Positions 19,621 through 31,282 of a stretch of 64,000 bases of DNA are shown here, piece after piece. Origin of the DNA: an uncultured Desulfospira sp. (lineage in GTDB: Bacteria; Desulfobacterota; Desulfobacteria; Desulfobacterales; Desulfobacteraceae); assembly GCA_963663165.1 (NCBI GenBank), contig OY760175.1:4384001-4448000 (forward strand). Direction: 5' to 3'. The position numbers and the translations under genes are program-made. The stretch's first letter is position 1. Every line of letters starts with the position of its first letter. The notes beneath the pieces were generated by a model. The model was not told the DNA's origin. It ran no database searches and saw only the letters and a program-made list of their open reading frames with translations.

Positions 19621-20940
19621 ACGGATGTCGGTTTGGGGTATGACAGCGACGGCCTGTTGACGGCATCGGGAAGTTTTACCATTTCCAGAAACCGGCAGAC
19701 CGGCCTTCCTGAAACGGTTTTTAACAACGCATTCACCATGAACCGGACCTTTAACAGCTATGGAGAACTTAACTCCTCTGCTGTCCTGATATCCTCAAGC
19801 CCGGTTCTGTCCATTGACCTTGCCAGGAACGACAATGGCCGGATCACCGAGAAAACCGAAGTTATACAAGGCATCAGCCATACGTTCAGTTACGAGTATG
19901 ACCCGGTGGGGCGATTGCTCGGCGTCGCCAAAGACGGGACACTGGTCGAAGAATACCAGTATGATGACAACGGCAACCGGATCTATGAGATGAACACCCT
20001 GAGGGAAATCCCGGGCCGGAGCCTGGCCTTTTCCGATGAAGACCACATCATTACCGCAGGGGACATAAGCTATGAATTTGATTATGACGACCGCCTTGCC
20101 GCAAGAACCGCCGGCAGTGAAACAACCCGATATGTGTATTCCTCTACAGGAGAGCTGCTCAGTGTAACCCTGCCTGACGGAACAACCATTTCATACATTC
20201 AGGATCCTCTCGGCAGAAGAGTGGCCAAGAAAGTCAACGGCACCATAGTCGAAAAATACCTGTGGTCCGGCCTTACAACCCTGCTTGCCGTGTATGACGG
20301 CAATGATAATTTAAAGCAGCGGTTCCTTTACGCAGACGACCGGGTGCCCTATGCCATGACCCAGGACGGAACCACCTGCTATCTGGCTTACGATCAGGTC
20401 GGATCTCTCCGGCTCGTAACCGACAGTTCCGGCACCCCTGTCAAACAGCTTGACTATGACAGCTTCGGCAATATAATAGGAGATACCCATCCAGCCTTTA
20501 CTATTCCCTTTGGTTTTGCCGGCGGCCTACACGATTCCGATACCGGCCTTGTCCGCTTTGGATACCGGGATTACATGCCGGAAATCGGCAAGTGGACGGC
20601 CAAAGACCCGATCCTGTTTGCCGGCGGGGATACTAATTTGTTTGGGTATGTCCTGAATGATCCGGTTAATTTTGTTGATCCTTTGGGGCTTTATGTGAAA
20701 CATTGGTTTGAGGACAGTTTGCCATCATGGGCACGTGATAATCGGACCCCAGAAGAGCGAGAAGAGGCTCATCAAGCTTATAATAGGGACCTTGCAAAGA
20801 GATTAGGAGAGGCAGGAGGTCTCGGGCTATTACACAAAAAAGTTGAGAGCATCATACTAATGGACCATCTTGTTGATTTTGCCGAATGGTTGTTCCACGA
20901 TGAGGACAAGGAGGAGACAAAATGCCCCATAATTGATTAG
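19450..20940 (+). CDS. Headless RHS protein 1 with variable C-terminal domain
   Basis: YD repeats and the core end GYVLNDPVNFVDPLGL followed by a unique ~80-aa tail; the first ~14 residues come from intergenic sequence. Confidence 0.85.
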   Translation: MDKPKKKRISFDIPGYDSDGLLTASGSFTISRNQETGLPETVFNNAFTMNRTFNSYGTDVGLGYDSDGLLTASGSFTISRNRQTGLPETVFNNAFTMNRTFNSYGELNSSAVLISSSPVLSIDLARNDNGRITEKTEVIQGISHTFSYEYDPVGRLLGVAKDGTLVEEYQYDDNGNRIYEMNTLREIPGRSLAFSDEDHIITAGDISYEFDYDDRLAARTAGSETTRYVYSSTGELLSVTLPDGTTISYIQDPLGRRVAKKVNGTIVEKYLWSGLTTLLAVYDGNDNLKQRFLYADDRVPYAMTQDGTTCYLAYDQVGSLRLVTDSSGTPVKQLDYDSFGNIIGDTHPAFTIPFGFAGGLHDSDTGLVRFGYRDYMPEIGKWTAKDPILFAGGDTNLFGYVLNDPVNFVDPLGLYVKHWFEDSLPSWARDNRTPEEREEAHQAYNRDLAKRLGEAGGLGLLHKKVESIILMDHLVDFAEWLFHDEDKEETKCPIID

Positions 20941-21100
20941 CGGCTTACCGCTTGTCATTGAGAGATTATCTCTCACATTTACGGAAAGCCTTTGTGGATA
21001 ACGTTAAATTTAAAATATCTTTGGCTATCATTTTTATAGCGAGATAATTATTTATGGATTTAGTTTACGGAATAGTTATTTTATTTGCGCCTGTTCTAAT

Positions 21101-24100
21101 CCCAAAACAAGCGTGTTATAAAAAATGAATTTCTCATAAGCAATTGTCGACCCGAGCTATTATTTTGTGTCTCCAATTTCCATCAAACAGACGCACGAGT
21201 CCTGATGTTTTTTGGAATACTGCCGATTGTGTTGTGGTTCATTGCTTAAATTCCCTTTTGAAATCTACAGGTTTTAGACTCGCCATTGCAGCCCGTTTGC
21301 AATAACTGTCCGGAGCAAAGGCATCATGTAACCCAGGCAGTCTTCAAAGAGTTAAAAAACTTGAACACGCTTGTGAGCCTGTTGTTATAACCAATGATTC
21401 GATATTTAATGGCCCTGCTGGAACGTATGATCAAGCAAGGGATATTTATAAATGTCTGGATAAAGCGTTTGAATTCCATACGGACGATGGAGAGACCTAA
21501 AGCTCGATACGGCATCATCATTCCATACCAGGCTTTCAGATCCCATGCCAAAGATGCAACAACCATATAGGCCCAGTTGGCATTTAGGGAATCAGAAGGA
21601 TTAGCCATTGCATGCACGCCATGTTTCAACTGATCAATGTCATTTTCGTGATCCGCCCGTTTCCGGTAAAAATCCACCAGGTGCCTGGCTGATTTTTTCC
21701 AATCGTTTGTGATGTAAAAAAAGTAACGGATATCGTCAAACAATAGACGTTCGCCTTTATACTCATTTATTGTTTTGCGCAGCACGATCATCCGGTAGGG
21801 TTGCCGACATTTACCAGGTTTATATTCAAATTCGGCTATATGTTCACAGGCGGTCTCAAGACGTTTGAAATTGCGTTTTTTGACCACTTGAAGTTTGATA
21901 TTTTCGGGACGTTTTCTGGGGATTGTTTTGATGGCTTGCGGCTGTTTTTCAAATATCTCCCATTCGGAATCTGAAAGACCACCGGCCAGTTTTATCAGGT
22001 TTGATCTGGCATCCATGCCAAAGACAAAGGTACAGCGTTGATCCCATTTGTCAAAATTGGAAGTAAGGGATGTGGTAAAATTAAAACCCACAATTCATTC
22101 CTCATAGCATGGAATATCAACAGCCCATTTTTCAATCCCTGGAATCCGAATAATTTTGTTTTCTATATTATTCACGGCGGACTTGACCAAACGTACCCCT
22201 GTCGGGTAAACACCTTTGATTAATTTGACGACAGGATTTTCTCCTTTCCATGTCATTGTTCGACATAGACCGAGAACCTTTTCAATTTTGTTCAGCAATT
22301 CGCCTTTCCAATGATTTTCCAAAACACCCCAAACTCGCTCTATTGGGTTGTATTTACTGTGGTACGGGGGATAGTACACCAAACTAATATTTACAAATGC
22401 TGATTTGGCAAAGTCCACGAGGCGACTAATGAATTGGCTCCTTCGGCTACTATTTTCCGGCCCATTATCAAGATTGATCACCAGTGTATGTGGGGCGAAT
22501 CTTGCGTTCAAAGAAGGCCAGAGTGATTCCAGCGCATCAATCATGAAATCAGAGGTGATGTTGCTTTCAGTGAAGTACATATAATTTTCATCCAGAGCAG
22601 GTATGTTGATACCGAAAAGTTTCAAAAGGGAATCGGGTTTAAAATCATGGTCCGCCGCTTTAAGATTGCAACGACTATATCCGCCTCGGGAATAAGGCCC
22701 TATTTTAATAGTGGCTTTTGCGTCCATTGAGATACGTAAAACGCCATCTGTTTCATCGGCTAGTTGGTTTGTCCTATGCACATATTCAAAAATGATGTCT
22801 GTTTCAGGAATTTTTTTTTTACCTTGGCTTTGGCGACCTTCTTCAGTTTAAAACCCAATTTATTCATTATGGTGGATAGAGTCCGTACTGTTGGCATATT
22901 CTCAGGGTCATATCCCATGTCGTCAACTAATCGACGGAATACTTCATTCGCAGATATTGGGGAATATAAATTCTGGGTACGGAATGTAGGATCAGTCTGA
23001 CATATAGGGTTTACAATACGAGTTATGTCCTCTTTTAAATTCGGAAAATGTTCTAAACACGATTTCCGGCCTCGTCCGGAAAAATTATCAACACAGGTAA
23101 CTCCGCTTTCTATTTCCCGTCGCCCTTTGATTATTGTTTTCCGATCCCAACCCAGTTCTCTTTCAGCCTTTAGTTGTCCGCCGTGCCCCATAAGGGAGAC
23201 AACGCGTGCCATGAATTGGCGCCGTTCATGGCCTTTTAATTTGCTTCGAGTGGTATTCAGAAAATCCTTTAGTGGTGGCGTTAATTCCGATATAGTTTTG
23301 GGTAAATTGTGCTTAGAATGATCAAACATGGTCCTCCTGTATTTTTTATGTAATCTTCCATGTTGACCATAAACTATCGATTCCATGTTGTCTATAGAAA
23401 TCAGAATTCAGACTATGGAATTGTGGATATTAATTTTTCTGAGGCCCTAAGGCTGAAATCAGTATCACCCCGAACGTATAATTTTTTAAAAGTGCCTTCC
23501 AGCAGATCAAGGGACTTATCCACCCAACCCGCAGAGTTGAGGTGGGACGGAGCATTGCCGGATCGATTGATTATATAAAGAGGCTCCCTTGTTTTTTCCA
23601 GAGAGACTATCAGAGGGGCATATCCCCACTTACCATTATAAGAGATGTCCATACCCTGTTTGCACTCGCCGGTTGTTTCACTGATAGTGCCGTCGATATT
23701 GATGATGGCTTCTTTCTTGAAGTTTTGCGGCTGCTTTTCCCATACCTTTTTCCGGATGGTATTTTTGACGTCCTGCAGAGTTATGATATCTTCCTTGGAA
23801 AACCGGCGCAAAAAGTCTCCGGCTGTAGTGGGATCGGGGATAATTTCTGCATCCAGAGCATTCAACCAGGCTTCATTGTTTCTGAGCAGCTCAATATCCT
23901 GAAGGCAGGTGCCACCGGCAAGAATATTATATGCCATGTTGGCGACATGATCTGATTCATGATAGGGCAAATGGCGTTTAAGCAGTTCGAGCTCCTTATC
24001 AATTTCTTTCAGAAGGCCGGTCTTTTTGGCAAGCATATGAATTAACCCTATGCCGCCGGGAGCAACCCCTTGGAGGCGACCGTCAATCTCGTATTGAATG

Positions 24101-24327
24101 TTGGATGCTTTAAACATAGGGGCTGGCTGTTCATCCCAATCTCTTTTGTTGAGCTTTTTGCTTATTTTTTTCTTGCGTTTTGCCAAATTTTTGTTGATAT
24201 TTTTATTCACTCGAAACGTCCTTTCAATTTGGTATATTTCGTTGTGGTAAACTTATTATACCTTTTATTGATAGGCGTTTCGAGGATTTTATCTCATTTT
24301 TATTACTTATCTCACGCTTGTTTTGGG
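21101..24327 (-). mobile_element. IS1380-family element copy A; transposase (24210-23448 + 22063-21324) split by a nested IS
   Basis: 15-bp terminal IR CCCAAAACAAGCGTG; motifs ESDHV, PDPTTAGDFLRRF, IDGT and RGDTDFSL|TSNFDKWD. Confidence 0.85.
22067..23447 (-). mobile_element. ISAzo13-family element nested in IS1380 copy A; transposase 23329-22095 with -1 frameshift
   Basis: 30-bp imperfect IRs GGG...AAAATTAA...CCACAATTC; TAA target duplication (22064-22066, 23448-23450); motifs ISMDAKA, LDNGPE and YYPPYHSKYNPIERVWG. Confidence 0.85.
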
Positions 24328-25220
24328 TTTAGCTGTTCAAGGTTAGACCCAAAACAAGCGTGTTATAAAAAATGAATTTCTCATAAGCAATTGTCGACCC
24401 GAGCTATTATTTTGTGTCTCCAATTTCCATCAAACAGACGCACGAGTCCTGATGTTTTTTGGAATACTGCCGATTGTGTTGTGGTTCATTGCTTAAATTC
24501 CCTTTTGAAATCTACAGGTTTTAGACTCGCCATTGCAGCCCGTTTGCAATAACTGTCCGGAGCAAAGGCATCATGTAACCCAGGCAGTCTTCAAAGAGTT
24601 AAAAAACTTGAACACGCTTGTGAGCCTGTTGTTATAACCAATGATTCGATATTTAATGGCCCTGCCGGAACGTATGATCAAGCAAGGGATATTTATAAAT
24701 GTCTGGATAAAGCGTTTGAATTCCATACGGACGATGGAAAGACCTAAAGCTCGATACGGCATCATCATTCCATACCAGGCTTTCAGATCCCATGCCAAAG
24801 ATGCAACAACCATATAGGCCCAGTTGGCATTTAGGGAATCAGAAGGATTAGCCATTGCATGCACGCCATGTTTCAACTGATCAATGTCATTTTCGTGATC
24901 CGCCCGTTTCCGGTAAAAATCCACCAGGTGCCTGGCTGATTTTTTCCAATCGTTTGTGATGTAAAAAAAGTAACGGATATCGTCAAACAATAGACGTTCG
25001 CCTTTATACTCATTTATTGTTTTGCGCAGCACGATCATCCGGTAGGGTTGCCGACATTTACCAGGTTTATATTCAAATTCGGCTATATGTTCACAGGCGG
25101 TCTCAAGACGTTTGAAATTGCGTTTTTTGACCACTTGAAGTTTGATATTTTCAGGACGTTTTCTGGGGATTGTTTTGATGGCTTGCGGCTGTTTTTCAAA
25201 TATCTCCCATTCGGAATCTG

Positions 25221-25593
25221 TGAGAGCAATCACGATATTTGATGGACACGTTTTCATGCTATTTGGTGGAACTGAGGAGAAGAAACAATAGCTTGACACA
25301 CCACCCCCCATGGGTAGATGGGAAAGTTGATAAAAATGTCTCAAACCAGCAAATTTTTACGATACCCAAGGGAGGGGTGGTACGCTCTAAGAATTTTATA
25401 TCTACCTGTAATTAAATCTAATTCAAAAAATCTATCCCTCATTTATCGTTGATTCTTTCAAGTTAACGGAAGGAGGACCGATCGGCCCTAAAGTATAGTG
25501 AAAAATGAGGAACGACAAAGGGAGTGAAAAATTTCCATAAGATAGCTTGCAAAAAATAAAGCCTCTTTCCATCAAATATCGTGATCACTCTCA
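25221..25593. mobile_element. 373-bp non-autonomous MITE
   Basis: 26-bp IRs with 2 mismatches (TGAGAGcaATCACGATATTTGATGGA); 5-bp TSD ATCTG; absent from copy A at the same site. Confidence 0.85.
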
Positions 25594-25691
25594 ATCTGAA
25601 AGACCACCGGCCAGTTTTATCAGGTTTGATCTGGCATCCATGCCAAAGACAAAGGTACAGCGTTGATCCCATTTGTCAAAATTGGAAGTAA

Positions 25692-27070
25692 GGGATGTGG
25701 TAAAATTAAAACCCACAATTCATTCCTCATAGCATGGAATATCAACAGCCCATTTTTCAATCCCTGGAATCCGAATAATTTTGTTTTCTATATTATTCAC
25801 GGCGGACTTGACCAAACGTACCCCTGTCGGGTAAACACCTTTGATTAATTTGACGACAGGATTTTCTCCTTTCCATGTCATTGTTCGACATAGACCGAGA
25901 ACCTTTTCAATTTTGTTCAGCAATTCGCCTTTCCAATGATTTTCCAAAACACCCCAAACTCGCTCTATTGGGTTGTATTTACTGTGGTACGGGGGATAGT
26001 ACACCAAACTAATATTTACAAATGCTGATTTGGCAAAGTCCACGAGGCGACTAATGAATTGGCTCCTTCGGCTACTATTTTCCGGCCCATTATCAAGATT
26101 GATCACCAGTGTATGTGGGGCGAATCTTGCGTTCAAAGAAGGCCAGAGTGATTCCAGCGCATCAATCATGAAATCAGAGGTGATGTTGCTTTCAGTGAAG
26201 TACATATAATTTTCATCCAGAGCAGGTATGTTGATACCGAAAAGTTTCAAAAGGGAATCGGGTTTAAAATCATGGTCCGCCGCTTTAAGATTGCAACGAC
26301 TATATCCGCCTCGGGAATAAGGCCCTATTTTAATAGTGGCTTTTGCGTCCATTGAGATACGTAAAACGCCATCTGTTTCATCGGCTAGTTGGTTTGTCCT
26401 ATGCACATATTCAAAAATGATGTCTGTTTCAGGAATTTTTTTTTACCTTGGCTTTGGCGACCTTCTTCAGTTTAAAACCCAATTTATTCATTATGGTGGA
26501 TAGAGTCCGTACTGTTGGCATATTCTCAGGGTCATATCCCATGTCGTCAACTAATCGACGGAATACTTCATTCGCAGATATTGGGGAATATAAATTCTGG
26601 GTACGGAATGTAGGATCAGTCTGACATATAGGGTTTACAATACGAGTTATGTCCTCTTTTAAATTCGGAAAATGTTCTAAACACGATTTCCGGCCTCGTC
26701 CGGAAAAATTATCAACACAGGTAACTCCGCTTTCTATTTCCCGTCGCCCTTTGATTATTGTTTTCCGATCCCAACCCAGTTCTCTTTCAGCCTTTAGTTG
26801 TCCGCCGTGCCCCATAAGGGAGACAACGCGTGCCATGAATTGGCGCCGTTCATGGCCTTTTAATTTGCTTCGAGTGGTATTCAGAAAATCCTTTAGTGGT
26901 GGCGTTAATTCCGATATAGTTTTGGGTAAATTGTGCTTAGAATGATCAAACATGGTCCTCCTGTATTTTTATGTAATCTTCCATGTTGACCATAAACTAT
27001 CGATTCCATGTTGTCTATAGAAATCAGAATTCAGACTATGGAATTGTGGATATTAATTTTTCTGAGGCCC
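25692..27070 (-). mobile_element. ISAzo13-family element nested in IS1380 copy B
   Basis: Same ends, same TAA TSD and same insertion point as 22067-23447; ORFs 26953-26429 and 26406-25720. Confidence 0.85.
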
Positions 27071-28414
27071 TAAGGCTGAAATCAGTATCACCCCGAACGT
27101 ATAATTTTTTAAAAGTGCCTTCCAGCAGATCAAGGGACTTATCCACCCAACCCGCAGAGTTGAGGTGGGACGGAGCATTGCCGGATCGATTGATTATATA
27201 AAGAGGCTCCCTTGTTTTTTCCAGAGAGACTATCAGAGGGGCATATCCCCACTTACCATTATAAGAGATGTCCATACCCTGTTTGCACTCGTCGGTTGTT
27301 TCACTGATAGTGCCGTCGATATTGATGATGGCTTCTTTCTTGAAGTTTTGCGGCTGCTTTTCCCATACCTTTTTCCGGATGGTATTTTTGACGTCCTGCA
27401 GAGTTATGATATCTTCCTTGGAAAACCGGCGCAAAAAGTCTCCGGCTGTAGTGGGATCGGGGATAATTTCTGCATCCAGAGCATTCAACCAGGCTTCATT
27501 GTTTCTGAGCAGCTCAATATCCTGAAGGCAGGTGCCACCGGCAAGAATATTATATGCCATGTTGGCGACATGATCTGATTCATGATAGGGCAAATGGCGT
27601 TTAAGCAGTTCGAGCTCCTTATCAATTTCTTTCAGAAGGCCGGTCTTTTTGGCAAGCATATGAATTAACCCTATGCCGCCGGAGCAACCCCTTGGAGGCG
27701 ACCGTCAATCTCGTATTGAATGTTGGATGCTTTAAACATAGGGGCTGGCTGTTCATCCCAATCTCTTTTGTTAAGCTTTTTGCTTATTTTTTTCTTGCGT
27801 TTTGCCAAATTTTTGTTGATATTTTTATTCACTCGAAACGTCCTTTCAATTTGGTATATTTCGTTGTGGTAAACTTATTATACCTTTTATTGATAGGCGT
27901 TTCGAGGATTTTATCTCATTTTTATTACTTATCTCACGCTTGTTTTGGGTCTAATTACCAATATTATAGTTTTTAATAAATTGGTTTTTAGAATCAAAAA
28001 ATGGAGACTAAATGTAGATAGTGTTGATAAAAAAGATTTTAGAATTGAAATAGCAATATATCTATTATTACTCATTTGTTTAGTGTTTTTGCTATTTTTT
28101 AGTGCTAATTTTGTGTTTTTTCCAAAAAGTCAATTAATGCCGATGCCTTTTGTGATATTAGGTAAAATTTTATGTCTTCTTTTTTTTGTACCAATAATAA
28201 TATTATTTGCAATGGGTCATGCAGGAGGAGCTGGTGCTCCTTCAGTTCAAAAAACCATCATGGACTTTTTAAATATTGAAAAAATCCCCCAAAAAAGGAT
28301 CGGGTTAAATAAGTTGCTAACTTTTTGTTTAACGGCTGTCGTTTTGATTTGGTATCTTGTTTTTTTACTCGGTCCAGAGTAGCGAGTCCGGGGCCATACG
28401 AATTCCGGACTAAA

Positions 28415-28516
28415 GAATTCCGGGGACATCCATGATAAGTATTGTCAAGAACAAGATTGAACAAGATTGGGGTCAGGTCTTGAATTATAAGAAAGTGATA
28501 TTTCAAGACCTGATCC
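28415..28516. repeat. Junction motifs AATTCCGGGGACA and GGGGTCAGGTCTTGAA...TTCAAGACCTGATCC hairpin
   Basis: Lie between the immunity 1 stop and the start of RHS2-like sequence. Confidence 0.7.
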
Positions 28517-30406
28517 AGATTCATGAAACCGGCAGCAAAGTACCGGCAAGTGTTTCCGTAAGCACCCCCAGCGGATTAACCAGCCAGGTTGACATTGACA
28601 GGGTCTATGACCAAAGCGAAGACGGTTTAACCCGGACCGAAACCTTAACTTTTGACCGGAACGGTGCAACCACCACCGTGCTTACGGATTATGAAAACGG
28701 GGTAAAAACAGCAATCTCTCCTGAAGGCAGGGAGTTTGTCAGCCTTTTTGATCCGGACAGCCTTCTGGTAACCCAGACCCAGACCAGCGGCTTGTCAGCC
28801 ACCCAATACAATTATGACAGCCACGGCAGAATCATCTCTCAGGAAACCGGTTCCCGCATTACCGATTTCAGCTATGATGACCGAGGAAACCTTGAGAGCG
28901 TCACTGACCCGCTGAACCGGACCACCCGTTATACCCATGACCTTCTTGGCCGTGTAACCGGCATAGAATATTCTGACGGTTCCGCTGTGGGATTCTGGTA
29001 CGACAGCAAGGGCAATCTTACGGTACTGACCACCCCCACCCCCGCAGACAACAGCTTTACCTGGAACGGCGTGGACAAGCTGACAAGTTTTACCACCCCC
29101 CTTGGCAGCGTAACCTCCTACAGCTATGATACGGAACGAAAGCTTACCGCCGTCAACCTTCCTTCCGGCAAAACCATTGCCAACACTTATACCGACAGCC
29201 GCCTCACCCGGACCGATACCCAAGAGTGGACCAACTTCTACGACTATAACTGCATGAACCACCTATCATCCATCATCAGGGGCAGTCAGGAAATTGTCTT
29301 TAAATATGACGGCCGCCTGCTGACCCGGGTCAGCCAGGCCGGGACACTGAACCAGGATATAGCCCTTGCCTATAACGATGATTTTCAGATTGTCGCCATG
29401 GCATACGCCGGTACGGATGTCGGTTTGGGGTATGACAGCGACGGCCTGTTGACGGCATCGGGAAGTTTTACCATTTCCAGAAACCGGCAGACCGGCCTTC
29501 CTGAAACGGTTTTTAACAACGCATTCACCATGAACCGGACCTTTAACAGCTATGGAGAACTTAACTCCTCTGCTGTCCTGATATCCTCAAGCCCGGTTCT
29601 GTCCATTGACCTTGCCAGGAACGACAATGGCCGGATCACCGAGAAAACCGAAGTTATACAAGGCATCAGCCATACGTTCAGTTACGAGTATGACCCGGTG
29701 GGGCGATTGCTCGGCGTCGCCAAAGACGGGACACTGGTCGAAGAATACCAGTATGATGACAACGGCAACCGGATCTATGAGATGAACACCCTGAGGGAAA
29801 TCCCGGGCCGGAGCCTGGCCTTTTCCGATGAAGACCACATCATTACCGCAGGGGACATAAGCTATGAATTTGATTATGACGACCGCCTTGCCGCAAGAAC
29901 CGCCGGTAGTGAAACAACCCGATATATGTATTCCTCTACGGGGGAGTTGCTCAGCGTAACCCTGCCTGACGGAACAACCATTTCATACATTCAGGATCCT
30001 CTCGGTAGAAGAGCGGCCAAGAAAGTCAACGGCACCATAGTCGAAAAATACCTGTGGTCCGGCCTTACAACCCTGCTTGCCGTGTATGACGGCAATGATA
30101 ATTTAAAGCAGCGGTTCCTTTACGCAGACGGCCGGGTGCCCTATGCCATGACCCAGGACGGAACCACCTGCTATCTGGCTTACGACCAGGTCGGATCTCT
30201 CCGGCTCGTAACCGACAGTTCCGGCACACCTGTCAGTGCTGACGCATGAAAATTTATAGTCAATGATATCAATGACGCAGCTCGATATCCAAAATTATTT
30301 TGTCGCAAAATTTAAATAGACAAAATTTCGGCCTTTTGATAATGTAGCATAGGGTACGAATGAGCGCCCCCCCAATCGAGACACTACATTTGAAGAGGAG
30401 GATGTC

Positions 30407-31282
30407 GTGATTGTCCAATGTGGCCGGAAAATTAAAGACGAAGAGCTTATACAGATTTGCGAGACAGTAGAGACCTTTTCGAATTTGAGTCAGACTGAAC
30501 TGGCTCATACAATATGCGAACATTTGGGCTGGTATACCGCTTCTGGTAGGAACAAGGTGGATGCCTGCCGGAAATTGCTTCTGCGACTGGAGTCCCAAGG
30601 TCTCATACGGTTGCCTGAAAAAGAGAAACTCGGTCCCATAAAGGGCTCTCAACAGAAACTGCCGGTAGCGGACGACAGGACCCAGCCCCAAGATAAGGTA
30701 GCGGGCACGCTTTCGGATATCGGGCCGATCGTTGTCAGGGTCGCACAAGACACGGAAGAACGCTCACTGGTTAATGAATACCTGCACCGTTACCATTATC
30801 TTGGCTACAAGCGGCCGTTCGGATGTCATCTGCGTTATTTGATACAAGCTCAAGAGCGCATATTGGGATGTATGCTGTTCTCAGGGGCGGCCAAGGCGCT
30901 GACCCCGAGGGATCGATGGATCGGCTGGAGCACCAACGAACGCTTAAGAAACTTGGGATTTGTTGTAAACAATGGACGCTTCCTGATTTTTCCGTGGGTC
31001 AAGGTCCGGTATCTGGCAAGTCACGTATTGGGTAAAATTGTCAGAGATCTGGTGCAAGACTGGGAGCGGAGCTGGGGGTATCGGCCGGCTTTGCTGGAGA
31101 CCTTTGTCGACCCACAACACTTCGATGGGACGTGCTATCGGGCGGCCAATTTTAGACACCTTGGCATGACCAGCGGAAAGGGGCTTGTCCGGCAGGGTAG
31201 AAGTTACAGGACCAGTCCCAAAAAAATCTTCGTTTATCCGCTGGTGAATAATTTCCGTCAGGTTTTGAGGCAGATCGGATGA
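30407..31282 (+). CDS. DUF4338 (DruA-like) protein
   Basis: YHYLGY, RDRWIGW, NNGRFLIFPWV, LETFVD and GTCYRAANF motifs. Confidence 0.8.
   Translation: MIVQCGRKIKDEELIQICETVETFSNLSQTELAHTICEHLGWYTASGRNKVDACRKLLLRLESQGLIRLPEKEKLGPIKGSQQKLPVADDRTQPQDKVAGTLSDIGPIVVRVAQDTEERSLVNEYLHRYHYLGYKRPFGCHLRYLIQAQERILGCMLFSGAAKALTPRDRWIGWSTNERLRNLGFVVNNGRFLIFPWVKVRYLASHVLGKIVRDLVQDWERSWGYRPALLETFVDPQHFDGTCYRAANFRHLGMTSGKGLVRQGRSYRTSPKKIFVYPLVNNFRQVLRQIG

Larger units (their letters stand above)
24348..27949 (-). mobile_element. IS1380-family element copy B with nested IS and MITE
   Basis: Same IRs and near-identical sequence to copy A; 1-bp deletion near 27681 frameshifts the N-terminus. Confidence 0.85.
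21054..28382 (+). pseudogene. Putative membrane immunity gene for RHS1, split by the IS1380 pair
   Basis: ATG 21054 (MDLVYGIVILFAPVL) rejoins in frame with 27956-28382 (ITNIIVFNKLV...) when the insertion and one TCTAAT copy are removed. Confidence 0.75.

Noticed and set aside
30407..31282. Druantia defence system
   Set aside because: Only a DUF4338 gene is present, inside an IS; no DruE-like helicase or other dru genes
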